A stretch of 40,763 bases of DNA. Origin: a virus. The stretch is taken from IMG/VR virus record IMGVR_UViG_3300038431_000007, positions 1-40,763 of that record; one strand, 5' to 3'. The notes beneath the pieces were generated by a model, which searched no databases, had not been told where the DNA came from, and worked only from the letters and a program-made list of their open reading frames with translations. Position numbers and translations under genes: made by a program. Below are positions 16,777 through 24,307 of the stretch, piece after piece. Position 1 is the stretch's first letter; every line of letters starts with the position of its first letter.

Positions 16777-17070
16777 CTATGAAACTTTTTTACTATATTG
16801 TCTTAACCATTCAACTGCTTGTGTAAATGAAATAGTCCATCTTTCAAGTTTTGGCTTTCTTCCAGCTATAGCAGTCAATTGATTGTATTGTTTAACTGTA
16901 CATTGTCCATCATCCATAATTCCCCAAAACATGTCATTATTTAAACCAATTAATTTATAAGCTTCTTGACTTGTATAAAATTTCTTTTTTCCTATTGTTC
17001 CATAATCAAACTCAGTATCTAACACTTCGAACATATCCTGTAATCTTTCTTCTTGTTTTGCAGTTGCCAT
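16777..17070 (-). CDS. Hypothetical first early-operon protein
   Basis: 97-aa ORF with RBS AAGGGGGA. It is the first gene after the palindrome-flanked consensus promoter. Confidence 0.65.
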   Translation of the reverse strand: MATAKQEERLQDMFEVLDTEFDYGTIGKKKFYTSQEAYKLIGLNNDMFWGIMDDGQCTVKQYNQLTAIAGRKPKLERWTISFTQAVEWLRQYSKKVS

Positions 17071-17118
17071 ATTAAAATCCCCCTTAAAAATTATTGTTTA
17101 TGTCCTTGACTATGTATT

Positions 17119-17177
17119 AATTATATCACTTAATTTATAAGCTGTCAACCTATTTTTTAAAATTAAGTGATATAATT
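17119..17177. promoter_or_regulatory. 17-bp perfect inverted repeat bracketing the -35 box (operator candidate)
   Basis: aattatatcacttaatt (17119-17135) pairs with aattaagtgatataatt (17161-17177), separated by a 25-bp spacer containing TTGACA. The left arm contains the -10 box. Confidence 0.55.
17120..17148 (-). promoter_or_regulatory. Consensus promoter TTGACA-17-TATAAT (early leftward)
   Basis: Minus strand AATAGGTTGACAgcttataaattaagtgaTATAAT is embedded between the arms of the 17-bp inverted repeat at 17119-17135 / 17161-17177. Confidence 0.7.
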
Positions 17178-17185
17178 TTTATTTA

Positions 17186-17656
17186 TTAACGATAATTAAT
17201 TTTTTTTATTTCATATTTATAATTCTTATCAATTGAATAACTACAAAATTTATTTGAACATATTTTTGTATTATTATCACCTTTTAGAAAATTTACTATA
17301 GATGTATCATTAACATATAATTTACTATTGCAAATAGGACAAATATTATTATCATAATCACCAACTAAATTATATCCCTTTTTATCCATGAAATTATATT
17401 CTGGTTTATAAATTTCTATATATTTTAATTCAATATTAATCAATCTGCCTATTTTCTTAGTTCTATGTATAACTTCAAATTTAAAGTTATCTTCACCATA
17501 TTTATTGAATGCGTTTTGTAAATATTTACTATGATGTTTATTATTTTTAAGAGAATTAAAATGGCTATACTCTCTCTTACTAAAATCTTTAGTACTACCA
17601 ATATAAATATGATTATTTACAATATTTCTTATAATATAAATTCCTGATTCAATCAT
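17186..17656 (-). CDS. GIY-YIG homing endonuclease (free-standing)
   Basis: SGIYIIRNIVNNHIYIGSTKDFSKREYSHF...NAFNKYGEDNFKFEVI is a classic GIY-(10)-YIG ... R ... N module. The C-terminal CPICNSKLY...CSNKFCSY is a zinc-ribbon DNA-binding part. I set the start at MIESG because GTGAGGA lies upstream. Confidence 0.85.
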   Translation of the reverse strand: MIESGIYIIRNIVNNHIYIGSTKDFSKREYSHFNSLKNNKHHSKYLQNAFNKYGEDNFKFEVIHRTKKIGRLINIELKYIEIYKPEYNFMDKKGYNLVGDYDNNICPICNSKLYVNDTSIVNFLKGDNNTKICSNKFCSYSIDKNYKYEIKKINYR

Positions 17657-17792
17657 TTTTATCCTCACTTTTTTTAATATATTCTTTCATTAGTTTTATT
17701 AATACATTTGTCATTGTTCTCCCATCACAAGCAATATTAAATTTTTCTTTTAATTCAGATTCAACTTTAAATCTTATATAATCATCTTTCAT
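17649..17792 (-). CDS. Ribbon-helix-helix small regulator (putative)
   Basis: MKDDYIRFKVESELKEKFNIACDGRTMTNVLIKLMKEYI fits an RHH fold pattern. RBS AAGGGGTGA is present. The track ORF begins further upstream at 17843. Confidence 0.5.
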   Translation of the reverse strand: MKDDYIRFKVESELKEKFNIACDGRTMTNVLIKLMKEYIKKSEDKND

Positions 17793-17811
17793 ATTATCAC
17801 CCCTTGACAAT

Positions 17812-17840
17812 ATATTATCACATTTTATAACATATTGCAA
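17812..17840 (-). promoter_or_regulatory. Promoter TTGCAA-17-TAATAT (leftward), interleaved with a rightward TTGACA-16-TATAAC at 17804-17831
   Basis: Both hexamer pairs are readable in the same 37 bp on opposite strands. Confidence 0.5.
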
Positions 17841-17903
17841 CAAAATTAAAAACTCAAAAAAATTAATCTATTTTTATCTCAATTTTCCGTTAAAATATAA
17901 AGT

Positions 17904-17960
17904 CAGTCATAATGCGGCTTTCAGACATGGCTTAAAACCAGTGATAATGCGGCTTTCAAA
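17904..17960. repeat. Two 22-nt direct repeats (cagtSataatgcggctttcaRa), 35-bp period
   Basis: 17904-17925 is cagtcataatgcggctttcaga and 17939-17960 is cagtgataatgcggctttcaaa. They lie in the 360-bp non-coding stretch between the divergent promoters and the gene at 18201. Confidence 0.85.
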
Positions 17961-18200
17961 ATAAGACTATTTTAAATTAATTTTATTGGTGTTTGGCCAA
18001 CAAATGGCCGTTAGAAATTTTTCTATTGTCTAGAAATGAGTGTTATTTTTTAGCCCTGTTATATCAATACTTTCAGGATTTGACATATTTAGGGTAATAT
18101 GACAGCATATGTAAATGATAATATAAACATTGGGGATAATCTGATTTTTTGGCCGACTGGCTATATAATAAGATTATACCATAACAAAGGAGGTAATTAT

Positions 18201-18341
18201 ATGCCACTCAAAAAAGGTAAATCTAAAAAAACAATCTCATCAAACATCAAAAGAGAAATAAAAGCCGGTAAACCTAAAAAACAAGCAATTGCAATTGCCT
18301 TGTCAAAAGCTGGCAAATCTAAAAAGAAAAAAAAGAAATAA
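18201..18341 (+). CDS. 46-aa highly basic protein with [12 protein letters not shown] motif
   Basis: [57 protein letters not shown] lies 7 nt upstream and a terminator follows immediately. The longer track ORF from 18099 lacks an RBS. Confidence 0.65.
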   Translation: MPLKKGKSKKTISSNIKREIKAGKPKKQAIAIALSKAGKSKKKKKK

Positions 18342-18342
18342 T

Positions 18343-18378
18343 AAAAGGGCCGTTACTCATCACTATAACGGCCCTTTT
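18343..18378. terminator. Bidirectional intrinsic terminator
   Basis: A 13-bp perfect stem aaaagggccgtta / taacggccctttt has A- and T-runs on either side. It lies between convergent genes. Confidence 0.8.
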
Positions 18379-18482
18379 CCCGAACATTTACTGCAACATA
18401 CCAAAACAATTTAATTTTTAAGGATACAAAATCATAAATTTATCAATCAACATTAATCACATATGCAAGTATAGCACACAAA

Positions 18483-18689
18483 TTATTCCAATACAATACT
18501 TTTAACGGCCCACATAAGAGAATTTTCTAATTCTGTTAAAGCGATTGACAATTCTCTTGAATCATTGCAGTTATACTCTAAAGAAGTAACAACACCCTTA
18601 TATGAAGATCTAATATTTTCAATTTTTTGAATTTGTGACTCAGAAGGTGTAATATTTGTCATACTTTTAAAAATCTTATCTTTATCCAT
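18483..18689 (-). CDS. Small helical protein, Acb2/Tad1-hairpin-like (candidate signal-nucleotide sponge)
   Basis: The 68-aa TPSESQIQKIENIRSSY...SRELSIALTELENSLMWAVKSIV fits the R-E-x-S-x-A-x-T-x-L-E-x-x-x-M-W-A-x-K pattern I recall for that helical-hairpin family. It has its own promoter and terminator. I set the start at MDKDK because GTGAGGAA lies upstream. Confidence 0.35.
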   Translation of the reverse strand: MDKDKIFKSMTNITPSESQIQKIENIRSSYKGVVTSLEYNCNDSRELSIALTELENSLMWAVKSIVLE

Positions 18690-18746
18690 TTTAAATTCCT
18701 CACTTCTCATCAATTTGATTAAAAGTATATCATACTAGATAAAAAA

Positions 18747-18774
18747 ATTATACTTGATAATATGGCCCGGTCAA
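18747..18774 (-). promoter_or_regulatory. Promoter TTGACC-16-TATAAT
   Basis: Minus strand TTGACCgggccatattatcaagTATAAT lies upstream of the 18689 gene. Confidence 0.6.
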
Positions 18775-18940
18775 AAGAAAAACTATATCTGAAAATTTGT
18801 AATTCCTTCTTTGGTTGGGAATGTTTTAAAAATTGGAAATTAAATATAAACATATGTTAACATTTCATAAGAAAACCCCCTCAATAAGTGGAATAATCTT
18901 TTTTTTTACTGGATATTATTTATTTATAATTGTAAATATT

Positions 18941-19006
18941 TGAGAGTGCTATTTAGGAGTTCCCCATAAGTATATGGGATTCCCTAAATAGCACTCTCAT
19001 TTTTTA
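18941..19006. terminator. Long interrupted hairpin (17 bp + 6 bp) with T-run on the plus strand
   Basis: The outer arms are tgagagtgctatttagg / cctaaatagcactctca and the inner stem is cccata-agta-tatggg, followed by ttttt. It lies 17 nt below the stop of the minus-strand 133-aa gene, but the U-run is on the plus strand. Confidence 0.6.
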
Positions 19007-19016
19007 CCAATTAATA

Positions 19017-19418
19017 TTATTTAGATAATTTTTTATTTAACATATTAGTCCATATATCCAACATATTAAAATATTCAGCAACAACAAAATAAATTCTATC
19101 AACTTGATATGCAACATTTTCGTATTTTTTATTTAAAGCAATATTTTTTGATAAAAAAGAAAGTAAATCATCTTTTAAACTTTTCTTTTTACTAAAAGTA
19201 TTTAAGTATTCAATTGAAAGATTGCTAATATAAATAATTAAATCTGATAAAATAAATTCACATTTATTAATATCTATGATTTCTATATTTTCACTATTAA
19301 AATTTAATCTCTCAGTTATAGGAAATTTATTTTCAATAAAAACATCTGAAATATATTTTAATATATCAATAGTACTAAGTAACTGTTTAAAAACTTTATT
19401 TAAATCATTATTATTCAT
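19017..19418 (-). CDS. Hypothetical helical protein, last gene of the DinG-like operon
   Basis: 133-aa ORF that is very AT-rich, with no recognisable motif. Confidence 0.6.
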   Translation of the reverse strand: MNNNDLNKVFKQLLSTIDILKYISDVFIENKFPITERLNFNSENIEIIDINKCEFILSDLIIYISNLSIEYLNTFSKKKSLKDDLLSFLSKNIALNKKYENVAYQVDRIYFVVAEYFNMLDIWTNMLNKKLSK

Positions 19419-19420
19419 GG

Positions 19421-21592
19421 CTATAATCCCCTTCTAATTAATTTATTTAATTCAGCTCTAGCAATTTCAAATTTATACATAGTTTGTTTTTTAGCTTCCT
19501 TTTCTGTAACATCATTTGATAATAAATTAAAGAAATATTTTAATATCTTAGTTGGGTTAAATTTAATCCTATTATCAGTATTATAATTATCTGATAATTG
19601 TAATTGTTCAAAGTCAGCATTGATATTTGATTTTACATAATTTATCATTTTAGTTAATTTATTTTTTATATTTTTTTCACCTAATTTAATAATTTTATCT
19701 TCCATGAAATTATATTTGATACCATTTCCATTTTTTGACTCAATGTATTTTTGAACAATTGATTCATCTTCACCAACCAAGATTAATGATTTGTATTTTT
19801 GGTTTGTTCCTCTCTCAATTCTTCCGCCTGATTGTATAACATTTCTAAAACTTGCAACTTCAATATCTGTAAACCAAAAATTATTATTATGTATAACAAC
19901 CCGGCCTTTTGCGTTTATTTCTGGCCTAGTATTAATAATACATAAATTAGATTCCTTGTAATTTTTCCCGGTGGCCTCTGGACCATTTAAATAAGAAATA
20001 TGTGTAAAATCTTTTACAAAATCATAATTTTCATTCGATCCAAGATTTCCAGAAATTGAAAGCATATCAATTCCACCATCATTAATTCCAGTCTTAACCT
20101 TTACACCGGCAAATTTTTTATCTTTATATTTATATCTTAATTTTTTGTCAGTTAAAAGAATTTCAACATTTCGTTTTTCAGCACAAAAGGCCAAACAATT
20201 AATATCATCTTTATAATCAACCATCATATCAATTGAAATATTTGTAATTAATTTATCAATTGCTTTATCTCTTTGAATAAAAAATACGTCAATTATTTCT
20301 ATTGGATTTACTTTTTTTGTTTCTCCATTTTCAATAAAATAATCAATTTCTTCTAAATTGTAGGGTGTAGCTGTTAAAAAATATTTTTCACATTTAATAG
20401 TATCAAGTATACTTTTTCTTCTAATAATCAGATATCTTTTATATAAATCCCTAGATTCATTAGTAAGTTGGGTTAAAAGTTTGTCGTATTGGTCAACTGA
20501 CATATTATCCATACACCATTTTATAAAATCTTCCCTAGTATCAAATTCAAATATTGGCTCATCTGTAATCGGATCTAATAGTTTAATGATTTGCTCAACT
20601 CTGACAACCCCATGACTAGTCATAATTAATTTGAATAAATCTTCTGACTCAACGTTAAAATGACTTATATTGTTTGGCATTAATAACTCACCCTTATAAA
20701 CTCTCAATAATCTAAATTTATTTTTTAAGGCTGAAAATGTAAAGCCAATTCTTCTCCCAGTATCTTCAATTGTTTTACTGGTAAAATAAAATTCATTAAT
20801 TATATTATCAATATTTAAAATTCCGTCTCTATCTAATACATATGTGGGAGTTTCATAATCACCCTCTTTACTAAATCTGATTTGTGAGTTTTCTAGTGGT
20901 AATTCATACCGACATGTATTTATATTTTCAGAATAATATCTTTTATCCCTTGATGAAAAACAATTATTTGATACTCTTAACATTTCACCATTTGAAATTT
21001 TAACCTTTTTGTAATAGTTATTCATTGAAATATTTATATAAGCCCTAGCTTCGTATTCGTCGGCCTCATCAATAATAATTACATCATCTGGCTTTATTAT
21101 CTCAGCCAACTTTTTTATATTATTAAAATATATTGGACTATCACCATTATTATAAAAATAACTATGATTTGTAATAATTATCCTAGCTTCCTGGAATGAT
21201 TCTTTTGATATTTTGTTGTAACTAACCATTTTATTAATATTTATCTTTTTTAAAAAAACTTTTCCAACATTTTTATCAATATCAGGACCTAAAAACGGCA
21301 TTAAATTTTCGGTCATGGTTGTAAACTTTTTTAAATTTGAAACAATCTCAAATAATAAATCCTCAACATTATCATTTTTTGTTGTTGCAATTACAACTTT
21401 TTTATCTGTATAGAAAAGATAATATAAGGCAAGATAAGCAGAATTATATGTTTTACCTTCACCAGTGTTATATTGCATAGCTTTTTTATTATTAATTATT
21501 TTACCCTGGAAAAAAGAAATATTATTTTCTAACCTAATGTTATTTTTTACCTCTTCAAACCAATTAATTTGACTTTTATCAATATTTGACAT
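19421..21592 (-). CDS. SF2 helicase, DinG/XPD-like motif order (no Fe-S cysteines)
   Basis: The motifs are Walker A NTGEGKTY, IIITNHSYF, DEAD box VIIIDEADEYE, motif III FLTATP and motif VI QSGGRIERG. I set the start at MSNIDKS because GGAGG lies 8 nt upstream. About 230 aa with no recognisable motif lie between motifs II and III. Confidence 0.6.
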   Translation of the reverse strand: MSNIDKSQINWFEEVKNNIRLENNISFFQGKIINNKKAMQYNTGEGKTYNSAYLALYYLFYTDKKVVIATTKNDNVEDLLFEIVSNLKKFTTMTENLMPFLGPDIDKNVGKVFLKKININKMVSYNKISKESFQEARIIITNHSYFYNNGDSPIYFNNIKKLAEIIKPDDVIIIDEADEYEARAYINISMNNYYKKVKISNGEMLRVSNNCFSSRDKRYYSENINTCRYELPLENSQIRFSKEGDYETPTYVLDRDGILNIDNIINEFYFTSKTIEDTGRRIGFTFSALKNKFRLLRVYKGELLMPNNISHFNVESEDLFKLIMTSHGVVRVEQIIKLLDPITDEPIFEFDTREDFIKWCMDNMSVDQYDKLLTQLTNESRDLYKRYLIIRRKSILDTIKCEKYFLTATPYNLEEIDYFIENGETKKVNPIEIIDVFFIQRDKAIDKLITNISIDMMVDYKDDINCLAFCAEKRNVEILLTDKKLRYKYKDKKFAGVKVKTGINDGGIDMLSISGNLGSNENYDFVKDFTHISYLNGPEATGKNYKESNLCIINTRPEINAKGRVVIHNNNFWFTDIEVASFRNVIQSGGRIERGTNQKYKSLILVGEDESIVQKYIESKNGNGIKYNFMEDKIIKLGEKNIKNKLTKMINYVKSNINADFEQLQLSDNYNTDNRIKFNPTKILKYFFNLLSNDVTEKEAKKQTMYKFEIARAELNKLIRRGL

Positions 21593-21663
21593 AAAATAAC
21601 CTCCATAGTTTAAATTGAGTATTTTTAAATTTTTCGAGTATCTCAATTATAAACTTTTTCTTT

Positions 21664-21831
21664 TTACACAGATTCCACAACTTTATCCACAACCTTAACA
21701 ATTACTATTTTGTTATTTTCTAATGTAATTCCCAACTTATCATTATTAGTTATACCCAGCATTTTTAAAACTCCTGAATCAATAATAACACCTTTAGAAT
21801 TACCAATTCTTTGTAATTTAACTTCTTTCAT
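21664..21831 (-). CDS. AbrB/MazE (SpoVT-AbrB) fold small DNA-binding protein
   Basis: This ORF is not in the track: MKEVKLQRIGNSKGVIIDSGVLKMLGITNNDKLGITLENNKIVIVKVVDKVVESV. RBS AAGGAG is present. The (R/K)-x-G-N-S-x-G-V-x-I motif is typical of the swapped-hairpin fold. Confidence 0.55.
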   Translation of the reverse strand: MKEVKLQRIGNSKGVIIDSGVLKMLGITNNDKLGITLENNKIVIVKVVDKVVESV

Positions 21832-21863
21832 TTAAAATTCACTCCTTTTATTTATTTTTTTAC

Positions 21864-21892
21864 TTGACGTTAATAACATTATATTATACAAT
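21864..21892 (+). promoter_or_regulatory. Promoter TTGACG-17-TACAAT (rightward, RecD-like operon)
   Basis: Plus strand TTGACGttaataacattatattaTACAAT is interleaved with the leftward promoter. The palindrome TATACA-a-TGTATA at 21885-21897 overlaps it. Confidence 0.6.
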
Positions 21893-21906
21893 GTATACAT
21901 AGTCAA
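21878..21906 (-). promoter_or_regulatory. Consensus promoter TTGACT-17-TATAAT (leftward, AbrB/DinG-like operon)
   Basis: Minus strand TTGACTatgtatacattgtataaTATAAT. Confidence 0.65.
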
Positions 21907-21937
21907 TAAAAAATATAAATTTTACGGGGAGGCCGTT

Positions 21938-24217
21938 ATGAAAAATAATAATGAAATGAAAATCAAAGTTGATATCAACAAAGAAATTTATAACAAAGAT
22001 GATTTCTATACTTATGTTGGTTGGGTTGAAGGAAGTTATAAAGGTTTATACAGCAATCAAGAATTATCAATTACAACTAATGGCTTTGAATTACGTCCAG
22101 GGGTAACCACTTTAGTTGGAACATTAGGCAATTACAGAGGTAAACCATCTTTTAAATGTTCATATGAGGAATTTGATAGTTCATCATATGAAAGTAAATA
22201 TAATTTATTATGTTCAATCAAGGGAATCAAGGACAATACAGCAAAAAAGATTTTGGACAACATACCAAATAATGACATTGAAATTTTTTATAATAAAGAA
22301 GTTCCAAAGATTAAAGGTATAGGACCTTCAACAATTAAAAAAATACATGAGGGCCTAAACTTTTTGAGAGATAATCAAAATTTAAAAAATCTCATTGCTT
22401 TGATTGGGAATAGTATTTCAAATAAAAAAATACATCTTTTAAATATGACATTGTCAAATCAAAATATTTCAATTGAGGAGTTCAAATCTGATCCATACGA
22501 AATATTAATTGAGGATATAGAAATGAACTTTAAAAAGGTTGATTATTTGGCCCAGGAAAAATTTAAATGTTCAAAAAATTTAAGGTCCAGATTAATATAT
22601 TTGTCTGAGCAAATAGTTAATACAATTACAGGTTTTGGCAATACTTACATTGACATTGATTTATTTACTGAAAAATTAGACAGTTACAATTTACAATATG
22701 ATAATTTAAATGAATTTATTGATTGCGACGATTCGAAAATTATAAATGATAATGGCCGGATACAAACTAAATTAATGGCCCAGTCAGAAAAGCAAATACC
22801 TTTTTACCTTGATGAGTTAAACGAAAACTCAGTATCAAAACATGAATTGATAAATTTAGATTTGTTAATTAGAGAATACGAAGCTAAGAACGGAATAATT
22901 TTACATGATGTTCAAAAAAAGGCTATTAAATCAGCAATTGAAAATAATACAAGTATGATTTGTGGTGGTGCTGGAACTGGTAAAACTACAATAATCAAAT
23001 GTATCATTTATGTATTTAAAAAGTTAAATTATATGACTCTTTGCACTGCCCCAACTGGTAAAGCCAGCCGCAGGATGTCAGAGGCCACCGGTCAAAGTGC
23101 TTTTACATGTCATAGATTTTATTTTGCTGAAGAATCGGCTTCCTTGTTAGGTGAAACACCATGGCATAATAATAAAAATAATGTAATGATAATTGATGAG
23201 TTCTCAATGGTTGACAGTATATTATTTTATAAGATTTTAAAAAATATGTCTGAGTCAAAAACAAACTATACTAAATTAATATTAGTTGGGGACCCTGGAC
23301 AACTTCCAAGCGTGGGAGCAGGTAATGTTATGGCTGATATTATAGAATCTAAAGTAATTAACATAGTAACCTTAACTAATACTTTTAGACAAGCCGAAGG
23401 ATCGAAAATAATTGAAATAGCCAACAAAGTAAGAAATAATCAAACTTTTGAACTTATTAAAACATCTGACTTTTTCGGAACTATTCAAAATGATATTAAC
23501 AGTTATATTTTAAGATGTTGGATTTCAAAATATGGCAAGATTTCAGATTTAGACACATTATATAATGATTTTCAAATTTGCACATCTAGCCGCAGAAGAT
23601 GTAATGAAATTAATAACATAATCAGAAATGAAATGAAAAATCAACCAATTTTAATGTTTAATAAAGATTGTGGATTTAGTCTCAATGATAAAGTTATGAA
23701 TACAAAAAATGACTATACAAATGATATTTATAATGGTGAATTTGGAAGAATTGAAAAAATAACCTATAAACTTGGTGAAATAGATTTTGAAATAAAAACA
23801 AATGAAGAATTAAAAAAATATTATGATAATAAAACATTTGGTAAAAATTTAAATTTTGTTGTTTACTACTCAGGTTTAAATAAAAGTGTAAGTTATGAAT
23901 TGGCTAATGATGAGTTAGAAAATTTTCAACTGGCTTATTGTTGTACTATACACAAATTACAAGGGAGTGAATTTCAAACTGTTTTATGTGATGTTTCAGA
24001 ATTTAACATGATTACAGACAGCAGACTCCTTTATACAGCAATAACCAGGGCCAAAAATTTATTTGTATTAGTAAGCAATGAAAAAACAACTATTGATAAA
24101 ATTATTAAAAATAAACTCAGTTCCAAAAGAAAAACTTTACTTGTTGAGAGATTAGCCCCAACCAAAGAAACCAAAGAAATTGATAACATTTCAAATAATG
24201 GCTTTATTATAAATTAG
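21938..24217 (+). CDS. RecD-like SF1 DNA helicase
   Basis: HhH IKGIGPSTIKKI, Walker A GGAGTGKTT, Walker B MIIDEFSMVD, LVGDPGQLPSVGAGN, CTIHKLQGSEF and LLYTAITRAK give the full RecD2/Dda-type motif set. Confidence 0.85.
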   Translation: MKNNNEMKIKVDINKEIYNKDDFYTYVGWVEGSYKGLYSNQELSITTNGFELRPGVTTLVGTLGNYRGKPSFKCSYEEFDSSSYESKYNLLCSIKGIKDNTAKKILDNIPNNDIEIFYNKEVPKIKGIGPSTIKKIHEGLNFLRDNQNLKNLIALIGNSISNKKIHLLNMTLSNQNISIEEFKSDPYEILIEDIEMNFKKVDYLAQEKFKCSKNLRSRLIYLSEQIVNTITGFGNTYIDIDLFTEKLDSYNLQYDNLNEFIDCDDSKIINDNGRIQTKLMAQSEKQIPFYLDELNENSVSKHELINLDLLIREYEAKNGIILHDVQKKAIKSAIENNTSMICGGAGTGKTTIIKCIIYVFKKLNYMTLCTAPTGKASRRMSEATGQSAFTCHRFYFAEESASLLGETPWHNNKNNVMIIDEFSMVDSILFYKILKNMSESKTNYTKLILVGDPGQLPSVGAGNVMADIIESKVINIVTLTNTFRQAEGSKIIEIANKVRNNQTFELIKTSDFFGTIQNDINSYILRCWISKYGKISDLDTLYNDFQICTSSRRRCNEINNIIRNEMKNQPILMFNKDCGFSLNDKVMNTKNDYTNDIYNGEFGRIEKITYKLGEIDFEIKTNEELKKYYDNKTFGKNLNFVVYYSGLNKSVSYELANDELENFQLAYCCTIHKLQGSEFQTVLCDVSEFNMITDSRLLYTAITRAKNLFVLVSNEKTTIDKIIKNKLSSKRKTLLVERLAPTKETKEIDNISNNGFIIN

Positions 24218-24218
24218 G

Positions 24219-24247
24219 TTGACAGCTTAAGAAATAAGTTATATAAT
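24219..24247 (+). promoter_or_regulatory. Consensus promoter TTGACA-17-TATAAT
   Basis: AAATTAGGTTGACAgcttaagaaataagttaTATAAT is followed by the hairpin tacagagg..cctctgta (24251-24278). It shares the GGTTGACAGCTTA box with the promoter at 17120. Confidence 0.65.
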
Positions 24248-24307
24248 TAATACAGAGGTCAAAATTATGGCCTCTGTATCACTGATATCCTTAAAAGGAG
24301 GTTAGCT

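Noticed and set aside
16607-16882. 91-aa plus-strand ORF in the early region
   Set aside because: It overlaps two RBS-preceded minus-strand small ORFs, the UUCG hairpin and the 97-aa gene. It has no RBS of its own.
18099-18200. Upstream extension of the small basic-protein ORF (track start at 18099)
   Set aside because: There is no RBS at 18099. A perfect AAAGGAGG lies 7 nt before the internal ATG at 18201, so the extension is probably untranslated leader.
18762-18860. 32-aa plus-strand ORF MARSKEKLYLKICNSFFGWECFKNWKLNINIC in the orphan region
   Set aside because: It has no RBS and overlaps the minus-strand promoter of the 18689 gene. It is less plausible than the downstream hydrophobic peptide or sRNA hypothesis.
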